Shown: positions 27,057-35,636, numbered from the stretch's first letter. The stretch is 64,000 bases of DNA from Eubacteriales bacterium (GCA_045127235.1 JBGVPY010000062.1:992-64991), one strand, 5' to 3'. Program-made: numbers and translations. The notes: generated by a model from the sequence alone, not told the origin.

Positions 27057-27308
27057 GACGCGAACACGGGCGGTCATAGGGGCCCCCGGAAAAATCTGTC
27101 AAGATTTTTGGGGAATGACTATTCCGTACGCAAGTACGCTTACGAGAACCCCCTAAACTCATACTTCGTTTTGGGGAACCCCTATTACGCTCCGTGTTAA
27201 AGCGCGTTCGCCCAAGGGTTCCTTTAAATTGCAACGCGATTTAAGGGAGTGGGTCAACACTCATTTCACTATCCCCATTTAAAAAAAGGGGCTCAGCCCC
27301 TTTTTTTT
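27057..27308 (+). ncRNA. candidate structured RNA of unknown class
   Basis: Clearly more GC-rich than its flanks. Long-range helix cgcgaacacgg (27059-27069) / ccgtgtt-aaag-cgcg (27192-27206). GNRA-loop hairpin gtacGCAAgtac (27126-27137). Hairpin ggaat-gact-attcc. Ends in terminator ggggc-tca-gcccc plus T8. No credible ORF. Confidence 0.3.
27281..27308. terminator. bidirectional rho-independent terminator
   Basis: A7, ggggc tca gcccc, T8. It also serves the convergent GH172 gene. Confidence 0.8.
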
Positions 27309-27333
27309 ATAGTGCATAATTAAGAGATCTTGG

Positions 27334-28392
27334 TTATATTATTTCCAAATCGTTTTTACTTGGGAATTTTGGATAGGTATCATTCAAATTATCGGAGTAC
27401 CAATATGCAACAGATGAAATATCATCTTGAAGTGGCAGATAACGCCCCTCGCTTCTCCAGCCTAATGCTTGAATTGTTACCTTTAAATCCTCTTTGAAAT
27501 ATACGGGATCTGTTATATGAAAACGATACATATCGAAATATCTTTGTGCCATATAGGTTGAATCCGTTTTATTTACTTTAGACAAGCCTTGATATGGAGT
27601 TGAAAATTCAACATATTTTCCATCAACATCAAAATTATATGCACCGCCAAAATAGTCCTCTGTGCCTGTGCCACATATGGTAGGAAAGTCCTTGTCTCCA
27701 TCAATATAGAATTTGATTTCGCCTTCCCCCCACCAACCATTGGATTTTACGCCCCAATGCATATATGTTCCAACATATACACCATTTCCCTTGATATTAT
27801 CAAGAATAGTGTAAGCTTCCATGTAAGGCAATGGATTTACTCGCCTGTACTGCGCGTGAAAATAAAGGCTATTTTCGTTGGTTTCCTTTTCTTCACAGTC
27901 AATTTGATAATACACCATTATATCCTCAGTGTGTAGATTTTCAATTTCAATACGGAAGGATTTAAAATAAGGCATTTCAAAATATGAGTTCATTCCTCGT
28001 CTTGGATTATAACAAATTGGAAGGCTGTTTATTTGCCTGTATTCTGTATTATCTGCATTGCAGAAAAAATCATAAAGAGGAGCTTCTACGCTTGGATTTT
28101 CTTGACAATCAAAATAGATACGGAAAACCGTTAGTCTGCCGGCGGGAGAGCTATCCACTATCCAAATGTGCTTAATAGCTCCTTGTCCTTGGATGTCGGC
28201 TATATTATATTTTTCTCCTGCTTTAATTACCACATAGGGATTGACCTTCCAGCCCTGTCCTAACTCTCGTGCATTGTAGGCAGCACTTCCTTCTATTGCC
28301 ATTCCACCCTTGCCCTTTTCTCCCGTGGGATTTTCAGCAGACAAGGAAAATGAACGAATGTTGTCTTTTTTAATCGTTAAATTATGTAGCAT
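27334..28392 (-). CDS. DUF2961 / GH172-family glycoside hydrolase
   Basis: Jelly-roll family motifs GQGAIKHIWI, WWGEGEIKFYIDGD, CGTGTEDYFGGAYNF. ATG 28392 with SD GAGGT is preferred over TTG 28407. Confidence 0.6.
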   Translation of the reverse strand: MLHNLTIKKDNIRSFSLSAENPTGEKGKGGMAIEGSAAYNARELGQGWKVNPYVVIKAGEKYNIADIQGQGAIKHIWIVDSSPAGRLTVFRIYFDCQENPSVEAPLYDFFCNADNTEYRQINSLPICYNPRRGMNSYFEMPYFKSFRIEIENLHTEDIMVYYQIDCEEKETNENSLYFHAQYRRVNPLPYMEAYTILDNIKGNGVYVGTYMHWGVKSNGWWGEGEIKFYIDGDKDFPTICGTGTEDYFGGAYNFDVDGKYVEFSTPYQGLSKVNKTDSTYMAQRYFDMYRFHITDPVYFKEDLKVTIQALGWRSEGRYLPLQDDISSVAYWYSDNLNDTYPKFPSKNDLEII

Positions 28393-28612
28393 ATTATTAC
28401 CTCGCAAGTGTGAATGTAATTAAAGTATAACATAGTAAATTTTCTTTTTCAATACTCAAAAATCAAAAAAATCTAATTGAAAAAAGCAGTGGGTTTTTAT
28501 ATCAAAAATACACTCAACAGTTGTAAAAATAACAATTTAAAGTTTGTTGCCTGTTGTATAACATGTGTGATATAATATATGTGGTATGATAAAATCAAAA
28601 ACAGGAGATATT

Positions 28613-30193
28613 ATGACTCTCGGAAAAACAATACATAAAATCAGAACCGAAGCGAAGCTCACACAAGAGCAATTTTCTCAAATATTTGGCATATCGCAGC
28701 AATCGGTTCAAAAATGGGAAAGCGATGCTTCAACTCCCGATCTTGATAAAATTATTATGATTTCAAAGTATTTTGATGTTTCTCTTGATGCTCTTATTCT
28801 TGGAAATGACAATAGAATCGTAGATGAAATGAAGAAAACAAAAGTAATAAAGCCACACTATAAAAACATACATGACTGGGAATTTTATTCCTCAAACCTT
28901 TTGCTTGAATATCAAGAGTCTATGGATGAAGGATTAGATATAGAAATATACAATGATGTTTTTTCTTCTATATCAAGGCTTCCAAAGGGAGAAATAAAAA
29001 AGAAGCTTGGAGATGTTTTATTTGAGGCTATCACATCCGCTAATCAAAGAGATGGATACCCATATATTGAGCCCTCGGAGCTTGAACAAATAAAAGGACT
29101 AAGAAAAAAATATAACACTCAATTAGCATATAATTTCGCTGATATGGAAAACAAGATTCACGGCGCGTGGATGGGGCGAATTTGTGGTTGTATGCTCGGT
29201 AAGCCTCTTGAGGGAATTCGCACAGATGAGTTAATTCCATTTCTTAAGGAAACGAATAATTATCCAATGCGCAGATATGTTTTAAAAAGCGATTTAACGG
29301 ACAAGATTATTGAAAAATATAAGTTCGGCTTTGCAGGGCAAACATATGCTGATGAAATTAACGGTATGCCCATAGATGATGATACTAACTATGTTGTGCT
29401 TGCGCAAGAAATTATAGATAAGCACGGAAGAGATTTCACATCATACGATGTTGCAAGTGCATGGCTAAAATATCAAAGCAAGGAATATTATTTTTCAGCC
29501 GAGCGCGTTGCTTATCTTAATTTTGTAAAGGGCTTTGACCCGCCTGAATCAGCAGCTTATAAAAATCCTTACCGTGAGTGGATTGGAGCGCAGATACGAG
29601 GAGATTATTTTGGATATATCAATCCAAAAAATCCTGAGCTTGCAGCAGAAATGGCATGGAGAGATGCTTCAATTTCTCACACCAAAAACGGTATCTACGG
29701 AGAAATGTTTGTCAGTGCTATGTTAGCCGTGGCTTCTTGCACTGACAATATTGAAGACGTCATTCTTTGTGGACTTGCTGAAATTCCACACACCTCAAGG
29801 TTGTATGAGGATATAATGGCGGTTGTTGAAGCATACAAAAACGGAGTCTCTCAAAATGATTGCTTTGATATGATTCATAAGAAATATGATGAATACACCT
29901 CACATGGCTGGTGTCATACAATATCAAATGCAATGATTGTTGTGGCATCGCTATTATACGGGAATGGTGATTTTGCAAAATCCATCTGTATGGCGGTAGA
30001 AACAGGCTTTGATACTGACTGTAACGGAGCAACCGTTGGCTCTGTGCTTGGTATGATTATCGGCTTTGATAAAATCCCGGAATATTGGAAAAAGCCAATC
30101 AATGATACACTATACACCTCGCTTTTCGGCATTGAAGCGGTGAAAATTTCTGAGCGAGCCAAATTAACAATGAAGCATATTGCTAATAATTAA
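28613..30193 (+). CDS. XRE-family HTH fused to an ADP-ribosylglycohydrolase (ARH) fold domain
   Basis: N-terminus LGKTIHKIRTEAKLTQEQFSQIFGISQQSVQKWESDASTPDLDKIIMISKYFDVSLDALI. ARH motifs GAWMGRICGCMLGKPLEG, DDDTNY, GFDTDCNGATVGSVLG. ATG 28613 follows AGGAGA. Confidence 0.75.
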   Translation: MTLGKTIHKIRTEAKLTQEQFSQIFGISQQSVQKWESDASTPDLDKIIMISKYFDVSLDALILGNDNRIVDEMKKTKVIKPHYKNIHDWEFYSSNLLLEYQESMDEGLDIEIYNDVFSSISRLPKGEIKKKLGDVLFEAITSANQRDGYPYIEPSELEQIKGLRKKYNTQLAYNFADMENKIHGAWMGRICGCMLGKPLEGIRTDELIPFLKETNNYPMRRYVLKSDLTDKIIEKYKFGFAGQTYADEINGMPIDDDTNYVVLAQEIIDKHGRDFTSYDVASAWLKYQSKEYYFSAERVAYLNFVKGFDPPESAAYKNPYREWIGAQIRGDYFGYINPKNPELAAEMAWRDASISHTKNGIYGEMFVSAMLAVASCTDNIEDVILCGLAEIPHTSRLYEDIMAVVEAYKNGVSQNDCFDMIHKKYDEYTSHGWCHTISNAMIVVASLLYGNGDFAKSICMAVETGFDTDCNGATVGSVLGMIIGFDKIPEYWKKPINDTLYTSLFGIEAVKISERAKLTMKHIANN

Positions 30194-30225
30194 ACTGAAA
30201 ATACAAAGAAATAAGGAGAAAAACG

Positions 30226-32388
30226 ATGAAAAAGAAAATTCTTTTAATTGCTATGATGGTATCAATACTTGCTTGTTTTTTTGCTCTTTCTGTTAGTGCT
30301 GAAACAATCACTTACGATGGGCAAGAAATTGAGCTAGTTAACAATCTTGGCGACCCATCATGGTACACAGGCACAACAGCATCTAAAATTACAGACAAGG
30401 AGTCTATCGTTATTTTAAAGGATGCTAACGGCAGCTTGACCGCTTATCCGTCATATTATGTTTTTAGATACTTAATCGAGGGCTCAACTGTACGTGTAAA
30501 TTGGGCTGACCAAAAGGGAGTTGATTATTCTTTCATAAATGAAAATGATGGTAAGAATTATCAAGCAGGAAGCCTATACTATGTGGAGCTTCCATATGGA
30601 ATAACTCTTTTGACAAATGCTAATCTTTGGGGCGATGGTAAAAAAGAGCCTAATGTAGTTGAGTTTGTTTTTCCCGACTCTGTTACTCTAATTCAAAATA
30701 ATGCTTTCACTCAAGTAAGCGCGTGCAAAAAGGTTACTATGTCGAAAAATGTTAAGACAATAGAAATGTGGTCGTTTTACAATTCAGCAAATCTTGAAAC
30801 CGTTGTTTTCCCAAAGGATTGTGCTGTCAAGAGCATAGACAAGGGTACTTTTAGTGGATGCACAAATTTAGCAAATATAAATCTTGAAAGCTGCACAAGC
30901 TTAAAAGCACTTGGCGATGGAGCATTTCAAGGCTGTAGATCTATTGACAGACTTGCATTGCCTGATTCTTTAGAGACAATAGGTTTTCAAGCACTTTATG
31001 ATTTAGGAGAAATAGAGCTTGCAAGCGACTATTTACCAAAGAGCTTAAAAACAGTTGGCCAATACTTTTTAAATAGCTGTAAGCTGAAAAATAACATATT
31101 ATATTTTCCACAAGGCTTTACATCTCTTACTGCAAGATATTGCTTTGCAGGTAGCTTTGAGCCTGAAACATCGTTAACGCTTGTTTTCCTTGGCAAAATG
31201 ACAAGCGTAAATTTATCAGATGCTTCCCTTACGACATTTTTAGACAAATGCTCACAAAAGCCGATAAAATTAGTGTTTGCGCAAAACGAACATAGCGACC
31301 TTTCTGGACCAATTGTTTCTACTGTTAATTATAACGGACAAAAGGGATTTATCGCTATCTCAAAGGACGGTAGCTCTCTTTATACAAATCAAGAGGGAAC
31401 ACTAAAAGTAAGCTTTGAAAATACTAACTATTACAACCTTACAGGCATTGGAGCTGATGCAAACGGCAACATTATTCATAGTGTTGGAAATTCTCCAACA
31501 GAAATAATTTTCTGTGGAGGAGATAGCGTGGAAATAAGCTATACCATAAGATGCAATTACACAGATAAGGGTTGGTACAGATTCCATACAACAAGCGAAG
31601 TGTATGATATGAGCACACACGAGATAGATGGCGTTCATTATAACGACAGAGTATATCAAAAGGGTAACTGTGGTTATGATGAAAAAACTACAAATACATG
31701 TGTAATTTGTAAGCTTCAAAGCGTGGTAGTAGGCGAAAAATCAACAGGCGACCATACCTATGAGGACGATTTTAACTGTGAAACTGCACTTGCCTGTGAT
31801 GTTTGCCTAAAAACACTTAAGGAAGCACTTGCACACGATATTAAGACAACGATTTTGTACGAAAAAGGTTATACTAGAGAGGGCTTAAAAACAGTTGCGT
31901 GTCAAAATGAAGGATGTAATCATAGCAACGGAGCGGAAAAGACAGAAGCGCTCTTTACCTGCCTTGGCTATTCAGCACCGGAAGATGGCAGAGGCGGAAT
32001 TGCAGTAGGCTATACTATAAACAATGAAGCTATCAGAGAATATGAAAAAGCAACAGGCAAAGCTTTAAAATACGGAGTATTTGCAGTGTTAAAGGATAAG
32101 CTCATCACAGATGATCTCTTCAATGCAAAGGGAGAAGTGGCAAACGGAGCAATCAGCGCAGAAATTTCAGGCAACAATTATGCTGCGGTTGAGCTAAAAA
32201 TAACCGGTTTTACAGATGACTATAAGGATACCAAGCTTGCAATGGGCGTATATGTGGCTGTAACAGATGGCGAAACAGCCGAGTATTCCTATCTCCAGTC
32301 CGGTACACCTAATGAAAATGAAAAATACTCATTTATTTCATATAATGATATTGTAGGAAATCCTGCAACAGATAAAGAGGAATCATAA
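30226..32388 (+). CDS. P6: secreted BspA-type LRR protein with an extended Cys-rich region and the shared C-terminal module
   Basis: Signal peptide MKKKILLIAMMVSILACFFALSVSA, LRR_5-like units, multiple CxxC pairs, module at 31951-32385. Starts only 32 nt after the XRE-ARH gene. Confidence 0.85.
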   Translation: MKKKILLIAMMVSILACFFALSVSAETITYDGQEIELVNNLGDPSWYTGTTASKITDKESIVILKDANGSLTAYPSYYVFRYLIEGSTVRVNWADQKGVDYSFINENDGKNYQAGSLYYVELPYGITLLTNANLWGDGKKEPNVVEFVFPDSVTLIQNNAFTQVSACKKVTMSKNVKTIEMWSFYNSANLETVVFPKDCAVKSIDKGTFSGCTNLANINLESCTSLKALGDGAFQGCRSIDRLALPDSLETIGFQALYDLGEIELASDYLPKSLKTVGQYFLNSCKLKNNILYFPQGFTSLTARYCFAGSFEPETSLTLVFLGKMTSVNLSDASLTTFLDKCSQKPIKLVFAQNEHSDLSGPIVSTVNYNGQKGFIAISKDGSSLYTNQEGTLKVSFENTNYYNLTGIGADANGNIIHSVGNSPTEIIFCGGDSVEISYTIRCNYTDKGWYRFHTTSEVYDMSTHEIDGVHYNDRVYQKGNCGYDEKTTNTCVICKLQSVVVGEKSTGDHTYEDDFNCETALACDVCLKTLKEALAHDIKTTILYEKGYTREGLKTVACQNEGCNHSNGAEKTEALFTCLGYSAPEDGRGGIAVGYTINNEAIREYEKATGKALKYGVFAVLKDKLITDDLFNAKGEVANGAISAEISGNNYAAVELKITGFTDDYKDTKLAMGVYVAVTDGETAEYSYLQSGTPNENEKYSFISYNDIVGNPATDKEES

Positions 32389-32420
32389 TGAATGCTTTTG
32401 ATATTTTCAGAACAAAATAA
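32382..32420 (+). pseudogene. truncated remnant of the 49-aa small-protein gene (last ~12 codons only)
   Basis: atc ata atg aat gct ttt gat att ttc aga aca aaa taa encodes IIMNAFDIFRTK, against IIMNALDIFK in the intact copies. Homology starts inside the P6 stop region, and codons 1-39 and the SD are absent. Confidence 0.65.
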
Positions 32421-32465
32421 AATACATTTGATTCTTTAATAGATGATAAATTCAAGCATAACATA

Positions 32466-32497
32466 AAAGACAGAATTTTTAAAATTCTGTCTTTTTT
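32466..32497 (+). terminator. rho-independent terminator after P6
   Basis: Perfect palindrome aaagacagaatttt t aaaattctgtcttt followed by a T-tract. Confidence 0.75.
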
Positions 32498-32569
32498 ACT
32501 GTAAATATTGACTTGTTTTAAAATTTATACTAAAATAGTATAGTAAAAATCATTATCAAGGAGCAAATT

Positions 32570-34201
32570 ATGTACACATTTGACAGACTTCATTATAGCA
32601 TTAGAGGCTCATACCATGTATGGGACGCTAAGGACAAAAGCACATTAAAGCTAGCGCTTATTCACGGTCATGGGCAAGATATTTTTAACGGCACATTATG
32701 TATCAATTTTGGTAAGGGCGCAAAAATGGGCTTTACCCCTCGCGAGGTTACAGTAAAATACCCAGAGGGACAAGCAAATCTAACTCTTTTCGGAACAGAC
32801 GGCACGTTCATTAAAGCAAGGGGCAAGGAGCTTTTAGTTGAAATTGCAAACACCCACGCAAAATTTGACTACCAGGTAGTACAAAACGGAGTAACTGAGC
32901 TTTGCGATTTTAAGGATAACTGTAGTCTTATGTTCTATGCAAATAAAGGCTCAATCGCCATTGAAAAATCAAGAGGTGCAGGCAAAATCGCATCCGACTA
33001 TGTAAATGTCAGAGTAACACCGGACGAAAACGGCGAGATTGAATTCGCCATTGAGTCCGACTTTCTTAATAAGGGAGCAATCGGTGCAAAAGGCATGAAT
33101 TATGACTTTTATGCAAAAAAGGCTGAGGCTGACTATAAATTATGGGAGAAGAAATTTAAAATCAACAATAAATACGATAGAGAATGTGCATACATTTTAT
33201 GGTCAAACATAATAGCTCCTCTTGGCAACTTTACAGAGGAAGCTATCGTTATGTCTAAATCGGGAATGAGCAATGTTTGGAGCTGGGATAACGCTTTTAA
33301 CGCATTGGGTCTTGCTGATGTTGATTACCGTATTGCAATGGACCAATTTATGAATATGTATAAGCATATTAACCGCGTAGGCAGAGTGCCTGATGCAATT
33401 TCCGAATCCTATAAGGTATGGAACTTCGTAAAGCCACCTGTGCAGGGCTGGATGTATAAGCAAATGATAAAGAGAAATCCCGAATTTGCAACACCTCACG
33501 CCCTTGAAGAGGTTTATTTTGATATGAAGCGTAATACAGACTGGTGGTTAAATCTTCGCGGAGATACACCGTCATACTACCACGGTAATGACTCAGGACA
33601 GGACAACTCAACATGCTTTGATAAGAGTGAGCATATTGAAACCGCAGAGCTTATTGCTTTTCTAGCCGTTCAATGCCGTTTCCTATCCGAAGCCGCAGAA
33701 GCACTTAACTATCCAACAGATAAGAGAGTTTACGCTCAGCTTGCCAAGGAGCTTGCTGAAAAAGCAGTTAAGGACTACTGGGACGGAGAAAGAATTTTTA
33801 CAGTTCTTTCCGAAACAAAGGAGCATTACTATTGCGACGCTTTAATGCCACTTCGCGTTATAGTTTTAGAGGATATGCTTCCAAAAGAAATGCAGGAATA
33901 TATTGTAAAGCAAATTGCAGAACATCACTTATGTAAGGGCGGTATCGCAAGTGAAGCCGTTGATAGCCCAATGTTTATTGAAAATGGCTATTGGCGTGGA
34001 GCAGTATGGGCGCCTGACGTAGTTATGTTCGTTTACGCTCTTCGCAACCTTGGCTATAATGACCTTGCCACACAAATTGCTGAAAACTATAAATCATCCG
34101 TAACAAAATACGGCTTTAGCGAAAATACAAGCGCATTAACAGGCAAGCAGCTCCGTTGCAAATGCTACTCTTGGGCAGTAAATGCATATCAAATACTTTA
34201 A
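32570..34201 (+). CDS. six-hairpin (alpha/alpha)6 glycoside hydrolase, GH63 / MGH1-like; paralog of 55734-57350
   Basis: Motifs MSKSGMSNVWSWDNAFNA, VKPPVQGWMY, YYHGNDSGQDNS, GYWRGAVWAP, KCYSWAVNAY. Confidence 0.5.
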   Translation: MYTFDRLHYSIRGSYHVWDAKDKSTLKLALIHGHGQDIFNGTLCINFGKGAKMGFTPREVTVKYPEGQANLTLFGTDGTFIKARGKELLVEIANTHAKFDYQVVQNGVTELCDFKDNCSLMFYANKGSIAIEKSRGAGKIASDYVNVRVTPDENGEIEFAIESDFLNKGAIGAKGMNYDFYAKKAEADYKLWEKKFKINNKYDRECAYILWSNIIAPLGNFTEEAIVMSKSGMSNVWSWDNAFNALGLADVDYRIAMDQFMNMYKHINRVGRVPDAISESYKVWNFVKPPVQGWMYKQMIKRNPEFATPHALEEVYFDMKRNTDWWLNLRGDTPSYYHGNDSGQDNSTCFDKSEHIETAELIAFLAVQCRFLSEAAEALNYPTDKRVYAQLAKELAEKAVKDYWDGERIFTVLSETKEHYYCDALMPLRVIVLEDMLPKEMQEYIVKQIAEHHLCKGGIASEAVDSPMFIENGYWRGAVWAPDVVMFVYALRNLGYNDLATQIAENYKSSVTKYGFSENTSALTGKQLRCKCYSWAVNAYQIL

Positions 34202-34204
34202 TAC

Positions 34205-34233
34205 AAAAAACTGACACCTCGGTGTCAGTTTTG
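34205..34233. terminator. bidirectional rho-independent terminator
   Basis: A6, ctgacac ctcg gtgtcag, tttt. Confidence 0.75.
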
Positions 34234-34289
34234 TCGTATATATCCCTCACAAAAGTGTGAAATCAAAGAAGGCTCACTTCAAAGGACTT

Positions 34290-34832
34290 TTATTCATCAT
34301 CTTCATCGTCAACAGAATTAATAGGAACAGCCTTTGTCATACAATCTTGAATGTATGCTTTAAATTCCTCATTCATTTCAACGATTATCATATCGTATTT
34401 CCCTTCAAGCTGAAAAAGAATAACGTATTTATCCTTTGAAAAAATGCCATGGCTAAAATCATAGTAGCCTGTGCCGGGATGCTTTTTTGAAATTTCGCTT
34501 ACAACTTCCTTTGTGTGCTTTTCAATCTTAACAATATCGGAAATATAGTAATAGCAAACGTAATTTCCGCGTCTGCCCATAGCTTTATTTACAAAAAACT
34601 CAAAGTCAGTTTCCTTTTCTCTTACAACGTATGTAAAGGTTATCATTTCACACTTAATAAGCAAGTAAACACCAAAGGCCAAGCATGCAAAAGAGGAAAG
34701 AGTGAAAATAAGCTTCATTCCATCAAACTCTAATGGATATAAAATAAATCCGGCAATAATCAAAGCAAGATAAATTACTCTTACAATGCCTGCGCGCTTT
34801 TTGTGTGAGTATTCCATGTTTTTATTTTCCAT
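34290..34832 (-). CDS. hypothetical membrane protein
   Basis: Two hydrophobic helices followed by a soluble acidic tail. ATG 34832 with SD AAAGGA is preferred over the longer ORF. Confidence 0.5.
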   Translation of the reverse strand: MENKNMEYSHKKRAGIVRVIYLALIIAGFILYPLEFDGMKLIFTLSSFACLAFGVYLLIKCEMITFTYVVREKETDFEFFVNKAMGRRGNYVCYYYISDIVKIEKHTKEVVSEISKKHPGTGYYDFSHGIFSKDKYVILFQLEGKYDMIIVEMNEEFKAYIQDCMTKAVPINSVDDEDDE

Positions 34833-34861
34833 ATAAATCCTTTCAAATCCTTTAAAGCTAA

Positions 34862-34891
34862 TAAGACAAAAGACACTCAAAGGAGTGTCTT
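34862..34891 (-). terminator. terminator downstream of rpmF
   Basis: On the minus strand: aagacactc ctttg gagtgtctt followed by ttgtctt. Confidence 0.5.
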
Positions 34892-34903
34892 AGTTGTCTT
34901 AAA

Positions 34904-35089
34904 TTAAGCCTCTTCCTTAACGATGATTTGCTTATTGCCGTAGTAACCGCAAGCAGAGCAAACACGGTGTGTAAGGTTGTACTCGCCACACTTAGAGCAC
35001 TTTACGATTGTTGGTGCTGTAAGCTTTGAGTTTTGTGATCTTCTTAAGTTTGTTCTTGAGTGAGACTGTTTTCTCTTTGGAACTGCCAT
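34904..35089 (-). CDS. rpmF: 50S ribosomal protein L32
   Basis: MAVPKRKQSHSRTNLRRS... with a CxxC...CxxC zinc knuckle. Confidence 0.95.
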   Translation of the reverse strand: MAVPKRKQSHSRTNLRRSQNSKLTAPTIVKCSKCGEYNLTHRVCSACGYYGNKQIIVKEEA

Positions 35090-35123
35090 CTTATTATCCT
35101 CCTTAAGTGATAAACTTTATTTT

Positions 35124-35636
35124 TTATTTTAATAACTTTAATAAATCTGCAAGTCGTGGGTCAACTTCCTTTATTGTGTGGCAATCGCATTGCTTTTCAT
35201 TTAAGTTAGTACCGCACTTTGAGCAAATACCCTTGCAATCATCATCGCAAAGTAATGTGTAAGGAAATTCAAGAAGTAAATCCTCAACCAGCTCACGGTC
35301 AATATCTATAAGACCGTTGTTTACAATAATGTAGGAATCATCATCCTCATTTTGAAGCGTACCCTTAATTGCAACAGTTCTTGTGAAATCAAGAGTGAAA
35401 GTACCCTTAACTGTATCAAGACATCTTGCACAATGTGAAGCGTAATCAATAGAGCATGAGGCTTTAAGCACCATGTAGCCCGCATTGTCAGTAACACAAC
35501 CGCTAACATTGATAGGAGCAGTAAACTCTACATCATCAGGTGGTAAAATAGGATTATCGTCGCTGTTTTCAATGGTGTATTCAAAATCAATTTTTGAAAG
35601 CTTACCGTTGATAAGTGATGTAATATCTAATACCAT
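35124..35636 (-). CDS. yceD: YceD/DUF177 family protein (large-subunit rRNA accumulation)
   Basis: Canonical position upstream of rpmF. C-terminal Cys cluster CDDDCKGICSKCGTNLNEKQCDC. Confidence 0.8.
   Translation of the reverse strand: MVLDITSLINGKLSKIDFEYTIENSDDNPILPPDDVEFTAPINVSGCVTDNAGYMVLKASCSIDYASHCARCLDTVKGTFTLDFTRTVAIKGTLQNEDDDSYIIVNNGLIDIDRELVEDLLLEFPYTLLCDDDCKGICSKCGTNLNEKQCDCHTIKEVDPRLADLLKLLK

Noticed and set aside
26974-27234. 86-aa minus-strand ORF and 66-aa plus-strand ORF (27000-27200) in the GC-rich spacer.
   Set aside because: They have basic, Arg/Ser/Pro-rich low-complexity translations, no SD and span hairpins. The region is better explained as structured RNA or as an element scar.
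26870-27310. Whether the noncoding island is a tmRNA, RNase P RNA, SRP RNA, group II intron domain V or a hammerhead ribozyme.
   Set aside because: The GGGGATG start lacks the tmRNA GGAUUCGAC-type continuation and a CCA-proximal acceptor. There is no GAGGAAAGUCC (RNase P) or SRP domain IV motif. The gtacGCAAgtac hairpin is too short for intron domain V. ctgataag is not the CUGAUGA hammerhead core. The class is left open.
4380-32420. Whether the dispersed repeats could be a CRISPR array or an IS/MITE family.
   Set aside because: The repeated units are hundreds of nt long, coding, widely spaced (about 5 kb) and tied to gene 3' ends. There are no short direct repeats with unique spacers, no terminal inverted repeats and no transposase.
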